A stretch of 63,839 nucleotides of DNA, filler included, from Candidatus Zhuqueibacterota bacterium (GTDB taxonomy: Bacteria > BS750m-G25), in the NCBI GenBank assembly GCA_016783505.1. It is 3 parts of 3 records of this genome, joined end to end, with 100 filler letters (N's around TTAATTAATTAA, not from the genome) between each part and the next. Parts side by side here need not be neighbours in the genome. Positions count along the whole stretch, not along the records: positions 1 to 28,940 come from JADHWK010000028.1; 2 more parts are not named here. One strand, written 5' to 3'. Below, in pieces: positions 10,009 through 18,541 of this stretch. Within the stretch, counting starts at the first letter, position 1, and every line of letters starts with the position of its first letter. The notes beneath the pieces were generated by a model, which worked only from the letters and a program-made list of their open reading frames with translations, was not told the DNA's origin and ran no database searches. A program made the translations under genes and the position numbers.

Positions 10009-11805
10009 ATGAACCGTTGGCACGGACGATTATGTGGGATCATCATTGCCCTTCAATTGGGTTTTAGCCCAGGGTTGACCCGGGCGGGTGAGTATTCCAC
10101 CAGCCAGGTGGAGGACCGTTTTAACCAGGCGCTGGACTTTTATCTTCAGGAAGATTATAAAGGGGCAGAAAAGGCATTCAAAAAGTTGATAAAGCTCTCC
10201 CTCCCGGAGCCCTGGGGTTCGGCCTGCTATTTTATGTTGGGTAAAGCCTATTACCGGCAAGGGCGCTATCGGAATACCCTTTCCGTTTTGAAGAAACTGG
10301 AGCGGTTGTTCCCCGGGTCTGACTACTATGACGATGCCCAATACCTGAGGGCGGGGGTTTCTTATCAGGAGGGCGACTATTTACGGGCCGCCACCGACTA
10401 TCTTCAAGTGATAGAAATTACCCCTGATCCCCGGTTAGAAGCCCGGGCAAAGGCAGTGGTGAGAAAACTGATTGAGGAAAGCCTTTCCCCTGGGGAGCTG
10501 AAGGAACTAGCCGGGCGAGCCGGGGAGAAAAGCGGCTCATTTTTGACTGAATATATAAGCTATCGGGATGCCATCCGAATTGGGGTAGTCCTGCCCTTAA
10601 GCGGGGAGCTTGAGGATGTGGGGGAAAGCCTTCTATACGGGATTGAATTTGCCGCGGGGGCCTTTAATCAGCACAGCGAAACCAAGGTTAAGGTGATCCC
10701 TGCGGACGGGCAGGGGGAGGTATTACAAACTGTTCTGGCCGTGCAGGGGCTGGTTGATAATGGGGTGGTAGCGTTGATCGGCCCTATTACGGGGGAGACT
10801 ACAGCAGCGGCGGCAGGGATGGCTTGCGCCTATGGGGTGCCGCTTTTGGCCCCGCTGGCGGCCGCTAGCGAGTTGGCCACCATTGGGGATTGGGTCGTTC
10901 AATTGAATCCGAACAGACACACCCGGGCGGCGGCCATCGCCGAATACGCCTTGAATAATTTAGGCCTTTCCACCTTTGCCATCCTGGCCCCGATGGACGA
11001 TTATGGCAAAGAAATGTCGGGGGTGTTTCGACAGACGATCAGCCAGGGGGGGGACACCGTGCTGGTCTGGGAATGGTATTACCAAGGGGCGATGAATTTT
11101 AGCAAGCAATTTAAAAAGCTGAGGGGGGCGGGCTTCCGAAAAGCCTTCTGGGATTTCCTCCGGACCGACAGCACCTTCTTTGATAGTCTTTGGATTGACA
11201 GCATGTACGTAAGCAGCCCCATACAGGACACTTTACTTAAGGCCCCCTGGGTGGATTCCCTGTGGGTGGCCTTTCAGGACTCCGCCCGATTAAAAGCCCA
11301 ACTAAAAGGGACTCAGATTGATTCGATAGAGATTCCACTTACCGTTTACGGTGGGATTTACCTGCCTGTCCGTACGGAAGACATTCAATATGTGGGCCGC
11401 CAATTTGCCTACTTTAACTTCCAGACCCAGGTGCTGGGTGATAAGTCCTGGGGGGACAGGGAAGCATTGGAAGAACATGGGAATTACGTGGACGGCATCA
11501 TCTTTACCACCGATTATTACCTGAATGAAGAGGATTCGACCTATGTCCATTTCCGGAATCGGTTCCGAGTGGCCCGGGGGAAGACCCCGGGAAAGATGGA
11601 GATCATCGGATATGATGCCATGAATTTTCTCCTCACCGCCATCCAGGAGGGGTGCTGCAGCCGTGAAGATGTCAGGAAATGGTTCTCTCAAGCCCATCAG
11701 TACCAGGGTATCGGGAGGAGGGTAGTGTTGGAAGATGGGGGCCGAACTAATAAGGCGGTGGGCATCCTGCGGTTTAAGGATGGGAAAATATACCGATTGG
11801 AATAG
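10009..11805 (+). CDS. Secreted TPR + periplasmic-binding-protein-fold protein (LpoA-like)
   Basis: Signal peptide from ATG 10009, TPRs, IGVVLPLSG, LIGPI, GYDAMNFL. Confidence 0.75.
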   Translation: MNRWHGRLCGIIIALQLGFSPGLTRAGEYSTSQVEDRFNQALDFYLQEDYKGAEKAFKKLIKLSLPEPWGSACYFMLGKAYYRQGRYRNTLSVLKKLERLFPGSDYYDDAQYLRAGVSYQEGDYLRAATDYLQVIEITPDPRLEARAKAVVRKLIEESLSPGELKELAGRAGEKSGSFLTEYISYRDAIRIGVVLPLSGELEDVGESLLYGIEFAAGAFNQHSETKVKVIPADGQGEVLQTVLAVQGLVDNGVVALIGPITGETTAAAAGMACAYGVPLLAPLAAASELATIGDWVVQLNPNRHTRAAAIAEYALNNLGLSTFAILAPMDDYGKEMSGVFRQTISQGGDTVLVWEWYYQGAMNFSKQFKKLRGAGFRKAFWDFLRTDSTFFDSLWIDSMYVSSPIQDTLLKAPWVDSLWVAFQDSARLKAQLKGTQIDSIEIPLTVYGGIYLPVRTEDIQYVGRQFAYFNFQTQVLGDKSWGDREALEEHGNYVDGIIFTTDYYLNEEDSTYVHFRNRFRVARGKTPGKMEIIGYDAMNFLLTAIQEGCCSREDVRKWFSQAHQYQGIGRRVVLEDGGRTNKAVGILRFKDGKIYRLE

Positions 11806-11920
11806 ACCTTATTTATAGTCAAGGGATGGACGAAGAGGAAAAATCCATCAACAGTTGCTGAAGCATTCCAGGTCATCAGAGTATGTCAAAAGTTGGTATG
11901 ATTTTCCAAAATAATTCGAC

Positions 11921-11957
11921 AAAGAGAGGCGGAAGGAAAAACTCTCCGCCTCTTTTT
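11921..11957 (+). terminator. Intrinsic terminator
   Basis: Stem agaggcgga/tccgcctct followed by a T tract. Confidence 0.75.
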
Positions 11958-11963
11958 ATTTTC

Positions 11964-11992
11964 TTGCAATTTTCTTTTAAAATAGTTATATT
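11964..11992 (+). promoter_or_regulatory. Sigma70-like promoter of uppP
   Basis: TTGCAA-17-TATATT, 11 nt before the ATG. Confidence 0.55.
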
Positions 11993-12003
11993 TTCTCCCA
12001 AAA

Positions 12004-12837
12004 ATGGGATCTGCTGTGGGACTTCTGGAATCGGTTGTGTTGGGGTTAGTACAGGGGTTGACTGAATTTCTGCCGGTGTCAAGCTCGGGGCATCTGGTAT
12101 TGGTAAAGGCGCTCTTCGGGGTAAACACCGGGGGGATTACCTTTGAAGTTTTCGTCCATTTCGGCACCTTCTTGGCAGTGGTGTCCGTCTTCTGGAAGGA
12201 CATACGGAACATGTTCAAATCCCTCTGGGGTCGGCTGTTGGCTTTGCCCAAAAAAGAGGGGGGTCGTTCGACCTTCCGTAACGATTATTATTTACGGTTA
12301 GCTATATTTATCCTATGGGGCTCTATCCCGGCGGCAGTGGTGGGACTGGTCTTTGAGGATTTATTCGTGTCCATATTTTCCAATCCTCTGTTAGTGGCCA
12401 TCATGTTGATGGTTACCGGGGGTGTTCTTTTCTTTACCCGGTTTTTTAAAACCCACAGAAAAGGCTTCGGCTGGGCGAACACCGGGTTCATTGGGGTAGC
12501 CCAGGCCCTGGCCATCATCCCTGGTATCTCCCGCTCGGGGACTACCATTGCTATGGGATTTTATCTGGGTATCACCCGGAAAGAGGCAGTGCGATTTTCC
12601 TTCCTGTTGGCCCTTCCCGCTATCCTCGGGGCCACCTTGCTCGAGGTGGGCCATATAGTGGAAACCCCCATCCCATCCTCCCAGATCTTAACCCTGCTGA
12701 TGGGCACCGCCGCCGCATATCTGAGCGGGTATGTGGCCATTCGGGTGCTGCTGGGGGTAGTTCAGCGGGGCAGGTTGGACCGCTTCGCCTATTATTGCTG
12801 GGCCGTTGGAATCCTGGCTCTTTTTTTCCTCCGATAA
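12004..12837 (+). CDS. uppP: Undecaprenyl-diphosphate phosphatase
   Basis: QGLTEFLPVSSSGHL, PGISRSGTTI. Confidence 0.97.
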   Translation: MGSAVGLLESVVLGLVQGLTEFLPVSSSGHLVLVKALFGVNTGGITFEVFVHFGTFLAVVSVFWKDIRNMFKSLWGRLLALPKKEGGRSTFRNDYYLRLAIFILWGSIPAAVVGLVFEDLFVSIFSNPLLVAIMLMVTGGVLFFTRFFKTHRKGFGWANTGFIGVAQALAIIPGISRSGTTIAMGFYLGITRKEAVRFSFLLALPAILGATLLEVGHIVETPIPSSQILTLLMGTAAAYLSGYVAIRVLLGVVQRGRLDRFAYYCWAVGILALFFLR

Positions 12838-12872
12838 AACCTCTCGTTTCGCTAAACAGGATATCAGACGTA

Positions 12873-13610
12873 ATGAACCGGAGACCCATTATTGGCATTA
12901 CCTGTAATCTGATGCCCGGGGAGGATGAACGGTCATTTTCCAGCGGAAGGGATGTTTTTTACAGTAACTTCGATTATCCCCTGGCCGTTGAGGAGGCTGG
13001 GGGGCTGCCGGTGCTGATTCCCCTATTGATTGACCGGTATCTATTGGATCAGATGGCAGGGGAGATCAACGGGCTGGTGGTCAGCGGGGGGGATGATGTG
13101 GACCCCTCCACCTATGGCGAGGAATTAATAGATCCCCGGTGGAAGAGGGATCGGCAGCGGGTGCTTTTTGAAATGGAATTGATAAAAAAATGTCTTTCTC
13201 AAAAAAAACCTATCTTGGGGATTTGTCGGGGAATGCAGGTGCTGAACGTGGCCTTTGGGGGAACCCTATTTCAAGATTTGCCCTCCCAGCGGGGGGGAGG
13301 GATTGACCATAGAATGTCCGCGGCGTTCCCCGCTAAGCGACACCTAATTTCTATACAAAAAGATACCAACCTGCGAAACATATTGGGGATGGATACCCTC
13401 GCAGTCAACAGCTTTCATCACCAGGCAATAAAGACCTTAGGGAATGGGCTGAAGGTGTCCGCCCTGGCTCCGGACGGGGTGTTGGAGGGGCTGGAAAGAA
13501 GGGGAGATCCCCTGATAATGGGGGTCCAATGGCATCCTGAAAGGATGATGGGGGAAGGGGTCCAGAAAAAGCTGTTGCGAGCCTTTGTGCAACAATGCGG
13601 CAACTCCTGA
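12873..13610 (+). CDS. Peptidase C26 / gamma-glutamyl-GABA hydrolase family amidotransferase
   Basis: RPIIGIT, SGGDDVDP, GICRGMQ, NSFHHQA, GVQWHPE. Confidence 0.93.
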   Translation: MNRRPIIGITCNLMPGEDERSFSSGRDVFYSNFDYPLAVEEAGGLPVLIPLLIDRYLLDQMAGEINGLVVSGGDDVDPSTYGEELIDPRWKRDRQRVLFEMELIKKCLSQKKPILGICRGMQVLNVAFGGTLFQDLPSQRGGGIDHRMSAAFPAKRHLISIQKDTNLRNILGMDTLAVNSFHHQAIKTLGNGLKVSALAPDGVLEGLERRGDPLIMGVQWHPERMMGEGVQKKLLRAFVQQCGNS

Positions 13611-13685
13611 AGCCTTAACCTTAGGGCTTTTTCGTTATTGGGTTTTAAGGATTAAAGGGATAATTTAGCCCTGTTGTTGGTTTCT

Positions 13686-14738
13686 ATGAATGCTAAATCC
13701 TTTGGGCTCTTAACATTTTTTGGTTTTTTAGGTGGTCTTTTCCTGGTCGTCGGTGCTACCTATCTGGGCGGGGTAATCTTTCTTCCCCCGGGAAAAGGAG
13801 TCGAAGAAGGCTTTCAGGTGGTGCGAGTAAAGCCGGGAATGACCGTATCTCAGACAGCTAGGATTTTGAAAGAAAAGGGGTTGGTTGAAAGCAAGGACCG
13901 GTTTATCCTTTCAGCGAAGCTGTTGGGATGGGAGGCCGACCTAAAGCCGGGGGATCATTCCATTCCCCATGGGCTTTCCCCCTATGGCGTGTTGTCCCTG
14001 CTTTTAGAGGAGGGGGCGGAGACTAAGGATATTACTTTACCTGAGGGGCTGATGGCTAGGGAGATAGCCTCACTCTTGAAGGCAGGGTTTGATGTGGATT
14101 CGGTTGAATTTATGCAACGAGTGCAGGACACCGCTTTGTGTCGGGACCTGGGGGTTAATGCCAAATCACTGGAGGGCTACCTATTCCCGGATACATACAA
14201 TTTTTATCGCCACATGGTACCAGGGGGGATCATCCGCCGGATGGTGGCCCGGTTTTGGCAGGTTTTTTCCGATACCCTAATTGCTCGGGCCCAGCTCATA
14301 GGCCTTGCCGTTCACGAAGCGGTGACCCTGGCCTCCATCATTCAGGGAGAGGTGATCGTTCCCGGGGAAGGATCTTTGGTCTCAGCGGTTTACCATAACC
14401 GGCTGAAGATGGGAATGCGGCTCCAGGCCGACCCCACCATACAGTATATCCTTAAGGACGGTCCCCGGAGGCTTTTGCAGGATGACCTTTGGATTCCCTC
14501 CCCCTACAATACCTATCGTCACCGGGGGCTGCCACCGGGTCCAATTAATAACCCTGGAGAAGCAGCGCTCCGAACGGCCCTGTTCCCCGCTGATGTGGAC
14601 TATCTGTATTTCGTTGCCCGGGGGGATGGCAGCCATGTTTTCAGCTGCACCAACCAGGAACACCTGCGGGCCAAACGCCGGCTCAACCGGCTGAGGAGGG
14701 AACTAAAAAGAAAGAAGTCGCAGGGGCTGATTGAGTAG
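13686..14738 (+). CDS. mltG: Endolytic transglycosylase MltG
   Basis: LEGYLFPDTY, LQADPT, SPYNTY, GLPPGPINNPG, YLYFVA. Confidence 0.95.
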   Translation: MNAKSFGLLTFFGFLGGLFLVVGATYLGGVIFLPPGKGVEEGFQVVRVKPGMTVSQTARILKEKGLVESKDRFILSAKLLGWEADLKPGDHSIPHGLSPYGVLSLLLEEGAETKDITLPEGLMAREIASLLKAGFDVDSVEFMQRVQDTALCRDLGVNAKSLEGYLFPDTYNFYRHMVPGGIIRRMVARFWQVFSDTLIARAQLIGLAVHEAVTLASIIQGEVIVPGEGSLVSAVYHNRLKMGMRLQADPTIQYILKDGPRRLLQDDLWIPSPYNTYRHRGLPPGPINNPGEAALRTALFPADVDYLYFVARGDGSHVFSCTNQEHLRAKRRLNRLRRELKRKKSQGLIE

Positions 14739-15017
14739 GGGGGGATGGGAGGATGGATGAATTGTGTATCATCTATTAAAAGCAAGGGAGAAACAGGGGA
14801 GAAGAGGAGCAGGGGAGCAATGGTGCAGAGGGGATGGGGGGACAAGATAAGACTTCAATTTCTTTTTGTAAAACTGGAGTGCAACGGCTCTGCTGTTGCA
14901 AGTGCAAAAGTAGGAATTTTTCACTCCACGGTTTGAATTGTTAAGTTATAGAATTCCTTAAACTTTTCGATAATGGAGGGACACTAGGTAAAAATATGGT
15001 TTTCGGATCGGTCGGGC

Positions 15018-15170
15018 GGGTCTGTGGCACAACTCTGAAATCGCTGGTTTCCCCTTTGGCTATCTCAAAGAAAGTCCCGAAACTTCGGGACTAATAACAG
15101 TATGTTTCAACATACTTTCTTAGAGTTAGTATAGTAATTTATTCCTATGCGATAGTTCTGCAACAGGCCC
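15018..15170. mobile_element. 153-bp MITE with 17-bp imperfect terminal inverted repeats and GGGC target duplication, inserted in a 28-bp palindrome
   Basis: Left gggtctgtggcacaact vs right (reverse complement) gggcctgttgcagaact, 14/17; gggc at 15014-15017 and 15171-15174. Confidence 0.75.
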
Positions 15171-15236
15171 GGGCGCCTGACCGATCCGTTATTAATTTCA
15201 CATAGCTAAACTGATACAAGGGAAATTTAATTCGTT

Positions 15237-17459
15237 ATGGCTTTATCGAGCGTTGAGGATATTCTGGGAAAATTGAACCCGGTTCAGCGGGAGGCGGTGG
15301 AATATAACGGAGGTCCCATCTTGATTCTGGCCGGGGCGGGCAGCGGTAAGACCCGGGTGATCACCCACAAGATCGCCTACATCATCGCCACCCGACAGGC
15401 CAAGCCATGGGAGATCCTGGCGCTGACCTTTACCAACAAGGCCGCTGGGGAGATGAAGGAACGTATCCGGACGCTGGTGGGCAAGGGGGCGGATCTGATT
15501 TGGATGGGGACCTTTCACTCCATCTTTGCCCGAATCCTGAGAAAGGAAGGGGAGCGGATCGGCCTTTCCCGGAACTTTACCATCTACGACGAAGAGGACC
15601 AGCAGGGGGTGATCAAGGGGGTGATGAAGGAACTGGACCTGTCAGCACAGGAGTTGACCCCGAGGACGGTTCGTTCCCGGATCAACCGGGCTAAGGATGC
15701 CCTATTGGGCCCAGGGGCTTATGCTGAGGGGGCCGAGGACTTCATCGCTCAACGGGTAGCCCAAATATATTCTGAGTATGAAAAACGCCTCCAGGCAGCC
15801 AACGCCTTAGACTTTGCCGACCTTCTGCTGAAGCCGGTTCGAATGTTTAGGTCCCACCCCGACTTGTTGGGGGTTTACCAAAAACAGTTTTCTGCTATCC
15901 TGGTGGACGAATACCAGGATACCAACCACGCCCAGTCCGTCCTTACGGACCTTTTAGCCGCCCGGCACCGGAACATCTGTGTGGTGGGTGACGATGACCA
16001 GTCCATCTATTCCTGGCGTGGGGCGGATGTGGGCAACATCCTCGGTTTTGAGCAGAATTACCCTAATTGCAAGATATTCCGTTTGGAACAGAACTACCGT
16101 TCTACGAAGACCATTCTGGGAGCCGCTGGGGCGGTGGTGAGCCACAATCGCCGCCGCAAGCCAAAAACGCTGTGGACGAGCCGGGGGGACGGCGAGGTGG
16201 TAACCCTGATGAAGATGCCCGACGAGCGGGAAGAGGTCCTTGGGGTCGTCCGTAAGATCGAAACCTTTATGGCGGAGGATAAGCGTCAGCCCCGGGATTT
16301 CGCCGTTCTTTATCGCACCAACGCCCAGTCACGGGGACTGGAGGAGGGGCTCAGACGGGCGGGGATTCCCTACACCATCGTGGGGGGGATCCGCTTTTAC
16401 GAACGCCGAGAGATTAAGGATGTCTTAGCCTACCTCCGGGTGGTGGTCAATCCCCAGGATGATTTCTCACTATTGCGGATCATCAACGTCCCCCCCCGGG
16501 GGATTGGGGCTGTCACCCTGTCCAGGCTTAAGGAGCTGGCCCGCCAGCAAGGTTTAAGTCTATTCGGAGCTTTGAAGTTGGCCGGAGAAGAGGTATCCAT
16601 CCTCCCGGAAAAAAGAAAACGATTAAAGCAACTTAACAGCGTTTTAAAGAAATATGGCTCTTCCCGAAAAAAAGTGTCCCCGGGGGAACTGGCCCGGGGC
16701 CTTCTGGATGATGTGGGCTACTGGGAATATCTGGAGCAGGATAGTACACCAAAAGGGGAGGATCGAGTCGAGAACGTGAAGGAGTTGCTGCGGGGGATGG
16801 AAGAATTTAGCACACTCCATGCGGAAGGGAACCTGGAGGCCTTTCTGGCCGAGGTCTCCTTATTGACCGATATTGATAGCTGGGATGATCGAAAGAACGG
16901 GGTGACCATGATGACCCTCCACGCTGCCAAGGGGTTGGAGTTTCCGGTGGTCTTCATCACCGGTTTAGAAGAGGGGCTTTTTCCCTTAGCCTCTAACCTG
17001 GATGATCCGGCCCAGTTGGAAGAGGAGAGGCGCCTTTTCTATGTGGGGGCCACCCGGGCCGAGGAAAGATTGCTTTTGTCCTGTGCCTTCAGGCGCAGGC
17101 GCTTCGGAGGCCAATATGGCATCCCCTCCCGCTTTATTGACGAGGTCCCCACGGAATACCTGGAGACAGAGGGAGAGGATGTCACCTGGGGGGCGGCCTT
17201 CAGCCCTGAAGATATAACCGGGACCGAAAAAACCTACCAGAGGATAGAAGACGAATATTCCATGGGGGAGGAGGGGGATTTTCGCTTGAAAGTAGGACAA
17301 ACGGTTCATCATTCCCGATTCGGCCGCGGTCGCATACTAGGAAAATCGGGCTTTGGGGAGATGACCCGGCTGGTTGTGGATTTTGAAAAGAGCGGGCGTA
17401 AACGCCTTCTGCTTAAATACGCTCATCTTCAGGTTTTGTATGAGGATGAAGATAGTTAA
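15237..17459 (+). CDS. pcrA: ATP-dependent DNA helicase PcrA/UvrD
   Basis: AGAGSGKT, VDEYQDTN, GDDDQSIYSWRGA, EQNYRST, C-terminal Tudor-like HSRFGRG. Confidence 0.97.
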   Translation: MALSSVEDILGKLNPVQREAVEYNGGPILILAGAGSGKTRVITHKIAYIIATRQAKPWEILALTFTNKAAGEMKERIRTLVGKGADLIWMGTFHSIFARILRKEGERIGLSRNFTIYDEEDQQGVIKGVMKELDLSAQELTPRTVRSRINRAKDALLGPGAYAEGAEDFIAQRVAQIYSEYEKRLQAANALDFADLLLKPVRMFRSHPDLLGVYQKQFSAILVDEYQDTNHAQSVLTDLLAARHRNICVVGDDDQSIYSWRGADVGNILGFEQNYPNCKIFRLEQNYRSTKTILGAAGAVVSHNRRRKPKTLWTSRGDGEVVTLMKMPDEREEVLGVVRKIETFMAEDKRQPRDFAVLYRTNAQSRGLEEGLRRAGIPYTIVGGIRFYERREIKDVLAYLRVVVNPQDDFSLLRIINVPPRGIGAVTLSRLKELARQQGLSLFGALKLAGEEVSILPEKRKRLKQLNSVLKKYGSSRKKVSPGELARGLLDDVGYWEYLEQDSTPKGEDRVENVKELLRGMEEFSTLHAEGNLEAFLAEVSLLTDIDSWDDRKNGVTMMTLHAAKGLEFPVVFITGLEEGLFPLASNLDDPAQLEEERRLFYVGATRAEERLLLSCAFRRRRFGGQYGIPSRFIDEVPTEYLETEGEDVTWGAAFSPEDITGTEKTYQRIEDEYSMGEEGDFRLKVGQTVHHSRFGRGRILGKSGFGEMTRLVVDFEKSGRKRLLLKYAHLQVLYEDEDS

Positions 17460-17782
17460 TTGTTTGGGCATTTAAAAGAGGGGCAGGGGGGCAGAGGGGG
17501 CGGGGAGGTAAGATAAAACTGTAATTTCTCTTTGTGCCCTTCGAAAGGGGGCGTTTTAACTTGACCATGGATTGCAAATTATCACACCTGAAGGTTCTTG
17601 TAGACTTAATAGGTTTTATAGTTTTGGGAAAATTTCTCTTTATTTTTTCTCCAAAGTTTCTTATAATGATAGATAGGATTAATAAAAGAGAAAAAACGGG
17701 AGTATTTTGTGTGAGGGCAAAAATATCAAATCCTGATATGGGGGCAAATTTATTCGCACAGTTTACCCCGTCAATCTCGGGG

Positions 17783-18238
17783 CCTGACACCCTGTGGACA
17801 AAGACCTTCGGGGGAAGTGATACTGATGTGGGACGCTCTGTCCAGCAGACCACTGATGGGGGATATATCATCACTGGATATACCAGGTCTTACGGTGCAG
17901 GTAATTATGATGTCTGGCTCATTAAACTCATGGCAGAAACAGGGATTATTGAGGAAGTTAATCCGCCCGCTCCAATGGCCTTTTCCCTTTCCCAGAACTA
18001 CCCCAATCCCTTCAACCAAGCGACCACCTTCCGCTATGGTCTGCCCAGGGCCTCTAAAGTGACACTTAAGATTTACAATCTAGTTGGCGAAGAAGTTGCC
18101 ACCCTTGGGGGTCAACATCAAGGGACCGGGTTTCATGAAATCCAGTGGGACGCTTCCGGGTTCTCCTCGGGCGTCTACTTCTACAGAATTGAAGCGGATG
18201 AATCTCAAACCATTAAAAAGATGGTTCTGCTGAAGTGA
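17783..18238 (+). pseudogene. Truncated T9SS-CTD protein: one beta-propeller-type repeat plus sorting domain
   Basis: [29 protein letters not shown] then [19 protein letters not shown]; no signal peptide, and upstream DNA is repeat-like. Confidence 0.65.
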
Positions 18239-18261
18239 GCCCCGTTAACCGGTAATTTTGG

Positions 18262-18298
18262 AAAAAGCCAGTCTCCTTAAGTATGGGGCTGGCTTTTT
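18262..18298 (+). terminator. Intrinsic terminator (homologue at 28205-28241)
   Basis: aaaaagccag..ctggcttttt. Confidence 0.8.
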
Positions 18299-18441
18299 CT
18301 TTTGGGGTTACCCCATAAATTTCCTTGTTTTTTTGTCTATATTATTGTATATTTATTCATTATGTTTTACTATAATTCTCGATAATTCTTGCTACCGGTG
18401 GATGTTGTCATCCGTCGGAATTCCGGGGTTTCAATATAATA

Positions 18442-18525
18442 GTCGAGGATGACCCGCCTGTCCCGAACCTTCGGGACGGGCAGGCAATATCCTCGACGAG
18501 CAGAAAATAACCGTTTCAACGGTTT
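18442..18525. repeat. Nested REP-like hairpin cluster
   Basis: gtcgaggat[..gcctg tcccga acct tcggga cgggcaggc..]atcctcgac plus aaccgtttcaacggttt; relatives at 30561-30600 and 58200-58290. Confidence 0.65.
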
Positions 18526-18541
18526 ATTGTCCGGAACATAA

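Noticed and set aside
14325-14355. Inactive MltG (SIIQGE instead of SIIEKE)
   Set aside because: The second Glu, which I take to be catalytic, is retained, and Gln at the first position occurs in other MltG proteins
17534-17782. N-terminal extension of the 234-aa ORF
   Set aside because: Reads through AT-rich spacer and REP-like DNA with no signal peptide; probably non-coding
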